49,578 bases of DNA from Candidatus Shapirobacteria bacterium (GCA_041665485.1 JBAYIT010000003.1:133146-182723), one strand, 5' to 3'; shown: positions 24,446 to 32,554, counted from the first letter of the stretch. The notes: generated from the sequence alone by a model not told the origin. Numbers and translations: made by a program.

Positions 24446-24475
24446 ATCATACCACCAAAAAATCTTACTTGTCAA
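24446..24475 (-). promoter_or_regulatory. strong sigma70-type promoter for the T-box operon
   Basis: -35 TTGACA (24475..24470), 18-nt spacer, extended -10 TGgTATGAT (TATGAT 24451..24446). Confidence 0.7.
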
Positions 24476-24476
24476 A

Positions 24477-24809
24477 TTATTCTTCGTTTGGAAAACCGAA
24501 AGTAATCTCTGGTATTCCATCAACATCCTCAATAGCAATAAGTTTCTCCACCTTAGGTTCTCCATTTTTTGTAATTGCACCATATAGTGCTACTCTAGCT
24601 CCTGCTCCGTCTCGAGGTAGCTCAGCACCAGCCACTCCGTCGATTCTAGTCCCTCTGATAAATGGAACATCTGCGCCGACAGCGGTATAAACAGAACCTT
24701 CACCAGCTTGAATATTAACACGAGGATTAGTTATTAATGCTTCAGCAACGACAAGAGCTACTGCCGATAAACTTAAGGCAATTCTTTCTCCTTGGGATAA
24801 TTTCTTCAT
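24477..24809 (-). CDS. hypothetical secreted/membrane-anchored protein (110 aa) downstream of sortase
   Basis: N-terminal hydrophobic segment IALSLSAVALVVAEALI. Gly/Ala-rich body. No LPXTG-type C-terminal signal. Confidence 0.5.
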   Translation of the reverse strand: MKKLSQGERIALSLSAVALVVAEALITNPRVNIQAGEGSVYTAVGADVPFIRGTRIDGVAGAELPRDGAGARVALYGAITKNGEPKVEKLIAIEDVDGIPEITFGFPNEE

Positions 24810-24858
24810 GATATATATTAAATAAGTATATAAAACACCTATAATATACCACAGTCTT

Positions 24859-25584
24859 CTACTTCTGTCTACTTGCCATCACCAATAGTCTTTTCCAATC
24901 AGTCCCAATCGGCCAGCAGGTTTGCAAAATCAACATTTCTTTATCCGGCTCGGTGTAACTTAGATATTGAACCTCGTTGGCCCGCACCACCCTCGTTTCA
25001 TTAACTTGATATATATAAATCTTGCCCTTAAATCCAACATAAACTACATCTCCTTGCCCCAGTTCTCCTAAAAGATAAAACACGGCGTTGTTTCTGGCCA
25101 TCCCCACCCCCTGATTAGTTGAATGGGCAAAAATAAAAGTTGTTTTCCCAGGCCCTTCCCCTGGTAAATTTGACACATCAGCTTGGGCCACTGCTCCGCT
25201 TTCCAGTACTTTTAGATACTCTTCTTTATCAAACGGCGAAACGTTTTTTATCACTCTTGAGTTTGCTAAGATTTTGGGTATCTGAATCCAAAAATCATCC
25301 GGCTCTGGTTGTGACACTCCGGTTGGCGTTGGCTCCGGCGTTGGTATTGCCACTGCCGTATTCGTTTCTTTTGGCCCAGCGACTTTCCTAACTTCGTATT
25401 TGATCACCGCGCCCAAAAGGGGAGTATATAAATAAACCAAGTAAAACAGGCAAAAAACAAACAGTCCATTGGCCAAATAAAAAGTAATTTTTCGCCAGCC
25501 GGTGGGATTGGTAATCAGCACCCCGCCACCTGGCCTAATTTTTACTGTTCTCCTTCTCGGTCTGGCTCTAAAAAAATCCAACAT
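24859..25584 (-). CDS. sortase family transpeptidase
   Basis: N-terminal TM anchor. Catalytic His (TFIFAHST), Cys (LILQTCWP, the TLxTC-like motif) and Arg (WKRLLV). Confidence 0.8.
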   Translation of the reverse strand: MLDFFRARPRRRTVKIRPGGGVLITNPTGWRKITFYLANGLFVFCLFYLVYLYTPLLGAVIKYEVRKVAGPKETNTAVAIPTPEPTPTGVSQPEPDDFWIQIPKILANSRVIKNVSPFDKEEYLKVLESGAVAQADVSNLPGEGPGKTTFIFAHSTNQGVGMARNNAVFYLLGELGQGDVVYVGFKGKIYIYQVNETRVVRANEVQYLSYTEPDKEMLILQTCWPIGTDWKRLLVMASRQK

Positions 25585-25683
25585 TACCTATTCTAACTTA
25601 AATATATTTTTAGAAATTGCGAAGCGAAGTCCGTCTCAGACGGATAATTTGGAACTTACGTATACATATTTAGTATATCTAAT

Positions 25684-25712
25684 TTGACAAACCAATTTTA
25701 TTAGCCTAAGAT
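25684..25712 (+). promoter_or_regulatory. candidate greA promoter
   Basis: TTGACA (25684..25689), 17-nt spacer, TAAGAT (25707..25712). Confidence 0.5.
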
Positions 25713-25718
25713 ACCTTC

Positions 25719-25867
25719 CTGTGACGCAAAAATTGAATCCAAAGACTAGCCGACTTTCGGCCAACCAATCCTTGGATAAAGGCGTCATTAAATTTATTCG
25801 CCTCTCCTGCTAATTCGGGGCCGGCTTCTCAAACCACCCCGAAAAACTCAACCGAGAGGTTTTTTTT
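25719..25867 (+). promoter_or_regulatory. structured ~150-nt leader or small RNA ending in a terminator-like hairpin with a T8 tract, upstream of greA
   Basis: Long hairpin GACGC...CCAAAG..GCCG-ACTTT-CGGC..CCTTGG...GCGTC. Alternative pairing AGGCG/CGCCT. Then CCTCTC...TTCGGGG-16nt-CCCCGAA...GAGAGG followed by TTTTTTTT (25860..25867). Confidence 0.45.
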
Positions 25868-25886
25868 GGTTAATAATAAACAAAAC

Positions 25887-26345
25887 ATGAACAAAACAAT
25901 GCTCACCCAGGCCGGATTCGTCCAGTTAGACAGTCAACTTTCTGACTTGAACGAAAAAAAAGAGCGTTTAATCACTCAAATTGAGGAAGTCGCCTTGCCA
26001 GACGAGTCAGGTGAGGATAGTCTTTGCTCCCAGCTTAAAGAGGAGCTTGAAGTTGTTAATGACAAAATCACCAAGCTCGAAGAGGCTCTTGAAAATGCTG
26101 AAATTGTCACCAATGGCGGTTCTAAAACCCTAATTCAAGTCGGTTCTAAAGTTAAGGTTAAACTTTCTGGTAATTCCACCAAGGAATTCGCCATTGTTTC
26201 TCATCTTGAATCCGACCCGTCCCTCAATAAGATTTCCGACCAGTCGCCTCTAGGCCAGGCTCTTTTGGGTAAAAAAATTAATGATGAGTTTGAAATTGTT
26301 GCCCCGGTTGGCAAAATCGCCTACAAAATCATAGCTATTTCCTGA
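25887..26345 (+). CDS. greA: transcription elongation factor GreA
   Basis: LTQAGFVQLDSQL..., a coiled-coil N-domain and a C-terminal FKBP-like domain (GSKVKVKL...SPLGQALLGKKINDEFEI). Start moved from the track's TTG at 25866 to ATG 25887, downstream of the T-tract. Confidence 0.85.
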   Translation: MNKTMLTQAGFVQLDSQLSDLNEKKERLITQIEEVALPDESGEDSLCSQLKEELEVVNDKITKLEEALENAEIVTNGGSKTLIQVGSKVKVKLSGNSTKEFAIVSHLESDPSLNKISDQSPLGQALLGKKINDEFEIVAPVGKIAYKIIAIS

Positions 26346-26365
26346 AAATTTGATTAAAATCAATC

Positions 26366-28207
26366 ATGTCTGATTTAGTCAAACAACGCCAGGATAAGTT
26401 GGTAGAGCTCAAACAACGTGGCTTCGATCCCTATCCCCAGCCTAATCTCGAAGTAAAACAAAGTTGTGCTCTGGCTTGTCAGTCCGAGGGTCAATCGGTT
26501 ACAGTTGCTGGTCGTCTCATGTCCCTTCGTGGTCACGGCAAAATCATGTTTGCCGATCTTCATGATCTTTCTGGCAAAATCCAGCTTTTTTTTGAAAAAA
26601 ACACTCTAGGCGAGTCGATGTCTGTTGCTAAACTATTTGATCTGGGTGACATTGTCTCGGCTACCGGCACCGTTTTCAAAACTAACGCCGGTGAAATAAC
26701 TATCCGTGTTAGTCAGTTCCAAATCCTGGCCAAAAATCTGCGTCCTTTACCAGAAAAATGGCATGGCCTTACCGACACTGAAGAACGCTATCGTCAACGC
26801 TATGTTGACTTAATTGTTAATCCCGAAAGTAGAGAAGTATTTTTAACTCGCACCAAAATTCTCTCGGCTATGCGTAAGTTCCTTGACGATCACGGTTTTA
26901 TTGAAGTTGAAACACCGATTCTCCAGCCGGTTTACGGTGGTGCTTCGGCCAAGCCCTTTATTACCCATCATAACGAGTTAGAGCAAGACATGTATTTACG
27001 CATCAGCGACGAACTCTATCTTAAACGTCTAATCGTCGGCGGTCTGGAGAAAGTTTACGAAGTCTCCCGCGATTTTCGCAATGAAAGTGTTTCCCGCTTT
27101 CACAATCCCGAGTTTACTCAAATCGAATTTTACTGGGCTTATGTTGACTATGATGTTTTAATGCGCTTTACCGAAGAACTAGTCACCAATATTGCCAAAA
27201 TGGTTAAGGGTAGCCTCAAATTTAGTTTTAATGGTCAGGAACTCGATTTTACCCCACCCTTTAAACGGCTTACTTTCCGCGACGCCATTCTCGAAAAAAC
27301 CGGCATTGATATCGATCAAATTCACTCTGAAGATGAATTTTTTAAAGCTTTGGAAATTGGTAATTTGAAATTGGAAATTGCCGACGCAGTCGGCTTAGGT
27401 GCATTATTTGATGCTCTATATAAGGAAACTGTCCGTCCCTTTTTAATCGGTCCTGTTTTTATTACCGATTATCCTGCCGAAATGATTGCTCTGGCCAAAA
27501 GAAAAGCCGACAATCCCAAAAAGATCGCCTCCTTTCAACTTCTTGCTTGCGGCACTGAACTGCTTAAAGCTTACAACGAGTTAAACGATCCCAAAGATCA
27601 ATCCGATCGCTGGCTTGAAGAGGCCAAATTGGAAGCCAGAGGCGCCCAAAACGCCATGCAAATGGACACCGACTACATTCGAGCTTTAGAGTATGGCATG
27701 CCTCCCACTGCCGGCTGGGGCATGGGTATTGACCGTTTTACCCAGTTCCTAACCGATACTCCCACCATCAAAGACGTTATTCTTTTTCCTTCTCTTCGGT
27801 CAGAAAAAGAAACCACTTCTGAAAATGATTTAATTGGTCTTAATAGTCAAAAAGTTGTCATTGGTCAGGTAATTGCAATCCGTCCCCACCCTAATGCCGA
27901 CAAATTAAAAATCTATGATGTCAAAATCTCTTCCGACCTAAACTTGGCCATTATTAGTGGTTGCCAAAATCTCAAAGACAACGACATTGTCGCTGTCGCC
28001 ATGCCCGGTGCCATTGTTTTTGCTCCTGAAAATAAAACCCAAAAAATCAAACCCACCAAAATGCGTGGGGTCGATTCTCCGGCCATGATGTGTTCGCCCT
28101 TAGAGCTGGGCGTCAATCCCAATCACGAAACCATCTTCGTCCTCCCGGCCGATTTATCCGCACACCTAGGCGAACCAGTATCTAAATACTATTCTGTCAC
28201 CAAGTAA
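26366..28207 (+). CDS. lysS: class II lysyl-tRNA synthetase with appended C-terminal Trbp111/EMAP-like tRNA-binding domain
   Basis: OB anticodon-binding domain. Class II motifs (YLRISDELYLKRL, RDFRNE, GMGIDRF). The extra ~120 aa VIGQVIAIRPHPNADKLKIYDV...KMRGVDSPAMMCS match the tRNA_bind (CsaA/Trbp111) pattern. Confidence 0.9.
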   Translation: MSDLVKQRQDKLVELKQRGFDPYPQPNLEVKQSCALACQSEGQSVTVAGRLMSLRGHGKIMFADLHDLSGKIQLFFEKNTLGESMSVAKLFDLGDIVSATGTVFKTNAGEITIRVSQFQILAKNLRPLPEKWHGLTDTEERYRQRYVDLIVNPESREVFLTRTKILSAMRKFLDDHGFIEVETPILQPVYGGASAKPFITHHNELEQDMYLRISDELYLKRLIVGGLEKVYEVSRDFRNESVSRFHNPEFTQIEFYWAYVDYDVLMRFTEELVTNIAKMVKGSLKFSFNGQELDFTPPFKRLTFRDAILEKTGIDIDQIHSEDEFFKALEIGNLKLEIADAVGLGALFDALYKETVRPFLIGPVFITDYPAEMIALAKRKADNPKKIASFQLLACGTELLKAYNELNDPKDQSDRWLEEAKLEARGAQNAMQMDTDYIRALEYGMPPTAGWGMGIDRFTQFLTDTPTIKDVILFPSLRSEKETTSENDLIGLNSQKVVIGQVIAIRPHPNADKLKIYDVKISSDLNLAIISGCQNLKDNDIVAVAMPGAIVFAPENKTQKIKPTKMRGVDSPAMMCSPLELGVNPNHETIFVLPADLSAHLGEPVSKYYSVTK

Positions 28208-28446
28208 ACAGCGTCGCCCTCGTGAGTTTTTTGAGCCACTTTCAAACCAGCTTCCTGGCCTGCCATTACTTCAGCCACTGTCTGATGATCAATTTGCATT
28301 GAATCAGCTTTTTGCTCGAAACCATCGGCCTCTTCGCCAATTCTAATCGTCTCTCCAGCCTTCACTGATCCTTCAGTTACTTTCAGCACCGCCACTTGGA
28401 TATGATCAAAATAGTGGGTAATTTCTCCAACTTTTTTATAGTTCAC
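28189..28446 (-). CDS. small EF-Tu domain-2-like beta-barrel protein (translation-factor-like, function unknown)
   Basis: GTG start preceded by GGAGGTGA. VGEITHYFDHIQVAVLKVTEGSVKAGETIRI...MQIDHQTVAEVMAGQEAGLKV...GDAVY fits the translation-factor beta-barrel pattern. Confidence 0.5.
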   Translation of the reverse strand: MNYKKVGEITHYFDHIQVAVLKVTEGSVKAGETIRIGEEADGFEQKADSMQIDHQTVAEVMAGQEAGLKVAQKTHEGDAVYLVTE

Positions 28447-28500
28447 GTTTTATCACCTCCATTCTTCATAAATCACTAATTATGTTAATATTACCAAACC

Positions 28501-28914
28501 ATGTCGCTGGCAATCAACCGAGTTTCCGTCATTATTACTCACGGTCAGGAGATAGCTTTAATTTTTCGTCACAAGAACAACCAAGATTATTACGCCATTC
28601 CCGGTGGCCACATCGAAGTCGGTGAAACTCCTAAAGACGCCGCCATTCGGGAAATTCAGGAAGAACTTGGATTAAAACTTGATCATCTCAACTTTGAATT
28701 TGAAACCGAATCGGCCGGTCGTCGCGATTATTATTTTTCCGCCACCACCAAAGACACTGACTTTGTCACCACCGGCCCCGAAGTTGTTGGGCTTACCAAC
28801 CCAGATAATCTTTTTCGTCCCCTTTGGGTTGGCAAATCCGACCTCTCCCAATATCCCATTTTCCCCGACTCCGGCAGGCCTCTTATTGAAAATATTATTA
28901 ACCAATTGTGTTAA
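28501..28914 (+). CDS. NUDIX hydrolase
   Basis: Nudix box GGHIEVGETPKDAAIREIQEELGL. Confidence 0.85.
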   Translation: MSLAINRVSVIITHGQEIALIFRHKNNQDYYAIPGGHIEVGETPKDAAIREIQEELGLKLDHLNFEFETESAGRRDYYFSATTKDTDFVTTGPEVVGLTNPDNLFRPLWVGKSDLSQYPIFPDSGRPLIENIINQLC

Positions 28915-28923
28915 ATCAAGACA

Positions 28924-29565
28924 ATGATAGATAGTATTAGAGAAAGATTATTTAATAGTGCTTTTACTTCCTATATGGACGGTGTTTTATCTCCACCGCC
29001 AGAATTCGAAAAAACCACAAGAAAACTTGAACAACTTTATGGTTTGGCGACTGGTTATTTAAGTCAACATCCTGTAAATCCAGACAGAAAATGGGCAACG
29101 TTAGACGAAATTCAGGAAAAATTTCGCTACGATTTTCCCGATAATTATCATGGTCATCGTAAAGGTTCTCCAACTCCAGCCAGTGCCATTGAAATTTGGC
29201 AATTTGAACAATCAGATCGGGAAGGTCACCAACCAGTGGCCATCTCTATTTTTCAGGGCATTCAGAGTGGTACGAGTAATTACTATATTTATACTCTGGT
29301 AATATTTCCCTCTGTGCGTGGTAATACTGGTGTTGCGATATGGCAAAATGACAGAGGATACAAAATCAGTGGACTAACCGAGCTCCAACCGGACGAATCG
29401 ATGGCAATAGCTAAAGGTGTTTATCGAAATGTTTCTGGGGCTATTAAAGGTGAAAATACTAATACCCTCGATATTAATGGAGGTGTTGTGCGTTTTAGAC
29501 AAACAATGGAAACAATCGTTTACAACTTTTGTTATCCCTCGAGCATTGCTTCCGATGGCAAATAA
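28924..29565 (+). CDS. hypothetical protein (213 aa), no recognised domain
   Basis: Long ORF. Its 3' end overlaps the convergent 351-aa ORF by 34 nt. Confidence 0.5.
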   Translation: MIDSIRERLFNSAFTSYMDGVLSPPPEFEKTTRKLEQLYGLATGYLSQHPVNPDRKWATLDEIQEKFRYDFPDNYHGHRKGSPTPASAIEIWQFEQSDREGHQPVAISIFQGIQSGTSNYYIYTLVIFPSVRGNTGVAIWQNDRGYKISGLTELQPDESMAIAKGVYRNVSGAIKGENTNTLDINGGVVRFRQTMETIVYNFCYPSSIASDGK

Positions 29566-30587
29566 CCTTGTGCCATTCTCGCCAAAAACAAATACGGATC
29601 TAGTGATTTAATGGTAGCTAAGATTGCCAACTTTCTTCCTTGTTCATAAGTTTCATCAGGTTCACTTTCAACTCCGCTAAATTCTTGGCCTTGCCTCTCC
29701 CTAATAGTCTTAATGGGATCGTCCGCTTCTACCCCAATCACATATCGGCAATATGCCTCGTCCATATCTGTGATTCCGGTCAAGCAGCTCCTCGCTTGCT
29801 CAATATCGCCATCAGATAGTCCCCATCCAATTTTTGACTCTCTCGGTGGCATCAATTCAAGTTGAATTATGGCTGAAGCTACTGGGATGTTTATATCGTG
29901 TTTAACTAATCCATGCAACTTTAGAAAATGAACAAATTCATGTTTTATAATTGCTATATCGTCTAACAGAAAATCAGCCGACAATAAACAGTCTGGAGAC
30001 AGGTGGTCTGGGGTTGCTCCACTTATTCTTTGAGATTCATGATGAAAAATTACTTCTGGATATTTAGGATCAAATTCCAAACCACCAACAAATTCAGCCA
30101 CCAAATTTAAATCAGCCGCTACCTCTAATTGGCTCAAAGTTTCACCACAGATTAACTCCAAAACATATTTTCTATCTACGTTCGGACTAACTTCGTCGGC
30201 AATAATAGTTAACACTTCTCTGTCTCCCTTAAGTTGGTTATTTTTACCACTAAGTAGATCATATACTTTATTCCACTGGCCATCATCATCGTCCATTCCT
30301 TCCCACAATGTCTTATTTTCATCAAATCCACTTGAACCATTTTGTAACACACCAAATCTACCAGAACTTTCCAAAAACTGACGCAAACGACCAAGTGTCC
30401 AAGATTCAATTGCTCCTAAATAGGCAACTTGCCAAACGCATCCTTCGAGAACTTTTTGTCTTTGACCAGACAAGGCAGTCATTTTGTCTTTAATTGGTTG
30501 TGGTTGCAAGTCAAAGATACGACGGATGTCCACATAAGCACCACTCGCTACTGGCTGAACTGGTTCTTTGCTATCTCGTGGTGCCAT
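29532..30587 (-). CDS. hypothetical protein with HExxH (putative zinc metallopeptidase) motif
   Basis: IIKHEFVHFLKLHG, about two-thirds into the protein. Acidic, with no signal peptide seen. Confidence 0.45.
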   Translation of the reverse strand: MAPRDSKEPVQPVASGAYVDIRRIFDLQPQPIKDKMTALSGQRQKVLEGCVWQVAYLGAIESWTLGRLRQFLESSGRFGVLQNGSSGFDENKTLWEGMDDDDGQWNKVYDLLSGKNNQLKGDREVLTIIADEVSPNVDRKYVLELICGETLSQLEVAADLNLVAEFVGGLEFDPKYPEVIFHHESQRISGATPDHLSPDCLLSADFLLDDIAIIKHEFVHFLKLHGLVKHDINIPVASAIIQLELMPPRESKIGWGLSDGDIEQARSCLTGITDMDEAYCRYVIGVEADDPIKTIRERQGQEFSGVESEPDETYEQGRKLAILATIKSLDPYLFLARMAQGYLPSEAMLEG

Positions 30588-30616
30588 TTTGTTTTAAAAC
30601 AATAACACAAATAGAT

Positions 30617-30622
30617 TATAAT
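30617..30622 (+). promoter_or_regulatory. consensus -10 box TATAAT 7 nt upstream of the HD-gene ATG (leaderless candidate)
   Basis: TATAAT cccatca ATG. No SD, and no convincing -35. Confidence 0.3.
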
Positions 30623-30629
30623 CCCATCA

Positions 30630-31223
30630 ATGTCCTACGACCGGCAAAAATATTTAGAGGCTGTTAAAGCCAACCTCGAAACCAATATTTTTTATCACTC
30701 ACTTGCCCTCGAGGCCTGCATGAATGGGCTTTATGATTATTTTCAAACTAATAATTTATTAACCGAAGCCGATCCTCCCAAAGAAGATTGGGCCCTGGCT
30801 GGCCTAATCCACGACATTGATTACGGTGGTGATACCAAAGACCAACACCCCCTAAAAACTAAAGAGGTTTTGGCCAAATTTAATTTAGAAATTAGCCACA
30901 CGGTTCAGAAAATAATTCTGGCTCACGACTCAAGACAAAATATAATCAAATCCAATAAAGCCGAGTGGTCTATTTTTTGCGCCGACTCGCTTACCGGTCT
31001 TATCGTTGCCGTCGCTCTGGTTTACCCTAGTAAAAAATTAGCCGACGTCAAAACTTCATCCGTTCTCAAAAGATTTTTAAAGGAGCCAAAATTTGCCGCT
31101 GGCACCAGGCGATCAGAGGTGGCCCAATGTTCAAATCCTAGTGGTCTAAACCTACCCCTAGAAACTTTTATAGACATATGTCTCGGATCCATACGGTTAA
31201 TTTCAAATGACATCGGTCTCTAG
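30630..31223 (+). CDS. HD-domain phosphohydrolase
   Basis: H...HD signature (LAGLIHDIDYG) and a downstream His (ILAHDSR). Confidence 0.7.
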   Translation: MSYDRQKYLEAVKANLETNIFYHSLALEACMNGLYDYFQTNNLLTEADPPKEDWALAGLIHDIDYGGDTKDQHPLKTKEVLAKFNLEISHTVQKIILAHDSRQNIIKSNKAEWSIFCADSLTGLIVAVALVYPSKKLADVKTSSVLKRFLKEPKFAAGTRRSEVAQCSNPSGLNLPLETFIDICLGSIRLISNDIGL

Positions 31224-31275
31224 TTCATTTGATGTACTTTGATATATTTATCATGTGCTAGAATATCGAAGTTTC

Positions 31276-32541
31276 ATGCTCGATATTAATCTTCTCCGTA
31301 CCAGTCCTGATTTAGTTAAACAATCGCTTGTAAATAGGCAGAAGGACCCCGGTATTTTAGACAAGGTTTTAGAATCAGACAAAACTTATCGAGAGCTTTT
31401 AAGCCAAGTTGAAAAACTTCGCGCCGACCAAAATGCTATCTCTCGAGACATCAAAGGTAAGCCCACTGACGATCAGCGAAAATCCGCTTTGGAGATAAAG
31501 AATCAACTAAAAAATTTCGAACAAAAACTAACCGAAGCAGAAATTATCCGTGATAATCTCTTTGAAGAGATTCCTAACATACCATCAGAAGACACGCCTA
31601 TTGGTAAAGATGACTCCGAAAATGTTGTTATAAAAACCGTTGGAGTTAAACCTGGTTTTGATTTTAAGCCACTAGACCATCAAGACCTTGGCCAAAAATT
31701 AGACATTATTGACAAAGAAAAAGCCGGGCAACTCTCTGGTTCAAGATTTGGTTACTACAAAAACGAAGGTGCCATTTTGGAAATGGCTATTATGTTTTAC
31801 ACCATGAAAAAACTCTCAACTCTTGGTTTTCATCCTATGCTCCCGCCACTCATGGTCAAGTCAAAAACCGAATGGGGTTGTGGCTACGCCAGCAATAAAA
31901 ACTTGTTCAACGCCTATTATTCTATCCCAGACGACGATCTTGTCTTTATTAGTAGTTCCGAGCACTCTGTTGTTCCTTATCATTCAAACGAAATCCTCGA
32001 CTCGTCCGTGTTGCCTCTTAAGTATGTTAATTTTACTCCCTGTTTTCGTCGAGAATCCGGTACTTATGGTAAAGATATGAAGGGCATGTTGCGGGTTCAT
32101 CACTTTAATAAAGTTGAAATGAATGTTTTTACATTACCAGACTTCCAAGTTTCTGATGCTATGTGTTTAGAGATGTTGGCAATCGAAGAGGGGATACTTC
32201 AGGATTTTGGTCTCCATTACCAAATCGTTAAGGCTTGTACCGGCGATTTACCCCAGCCCAATCGAAGAATGTACGACATTAACACCTGGTTTCCAGGCCT
32301 TGGCGAATACAAAGAAACCGGTTCTTGTAGTAATTGTGGCGACTATCAATCCCGTCGTTTAAATACCAAAGTCAAAATAAATGGCAAAAGCGAATTTATT
32401 CATATTCTCAACTCTACTGCTGTTTCTGACCGGCCATTTTTAGCTATCTTAGAAAATTTCCAGCAAAAAGACGGTTCCATTCTCATCCCCAAATGCCTCC
32501 AACCATATACCAATTTTTCGGTGATTTCACCGAAAACCTGA
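31276..32541 (+). CDS. serS: seryl-tRNA synthetase
   Basis: MLDINLLRTSPDLVKQSL start, N-terminal coiled coil and class II motifs (FRRESGTYGKD, RVHHFNKVE, NSTAVS.RPFLAILEN). The track start 31255 lies 21 nt upstream. Confidence 0.92.
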   Translation: MLDINLLRTSPDLVKQSLVNRQKDPGILDKVLESDKTYRELLSQVEKLRADQNAISRDIKGKPTDDQRKSALEIKNQLKNFEQKLTEAEIIRDNLFEEIPNIPSEDTPIGKDDSENVVIKTVGVKPGFDFKPLDHQDLGQKLDIIDKEKAGQLSGSRFGYYKNEGAILEMAIMFYTMKKLSTLGFHPMLPPLMVKSKTEWGCGYASNKNLFNAYYSIPDDDLVFISSSEHSVVPYHSNEILDSSVLPLKYVNFTPCFRRESGTYGKDMKGMLRVHHFNKVEMNVFTLPDFQVSDAMCLEMLAIEEGILQDFGLHYQIVKACTGDLPQPNRRMYDINTWFPGLGEYKETGSCSNCGDYQSRRLNTKVKINGKSEFIHILNSTAVSDRPFLAILENFQQKDGSILIPKCLQPYTNFSVISPKT

Positions 32542-32554
32542 TTTGTAGAGGAGC

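Noticed and set aside
24140-24470. A GC-richer non-coding stretch with a strong promoter, first considered as SRP RNA, 6S RNA, RNase P RNA or tmRNA.
   Set aside because: No SRP domain IV motif, tRNA-like end or P4-type motifs were seen. The GGUGGUACCG box with mutually exclusive antiterminator and terminator helices identifies it as a T-box leader. The track ORFs 24353..24583(-), 24390..24587(+) and 24469..24690(+) are therefore treated as spurious.
24477-24809. The 110-aa ORF as a sortase substrate, via IPEITFG near its C-terminus.
   Set aside because: No hydrophobic segment or basic tail follows the motif, and the motif has an extra residue relative to xPxTG.
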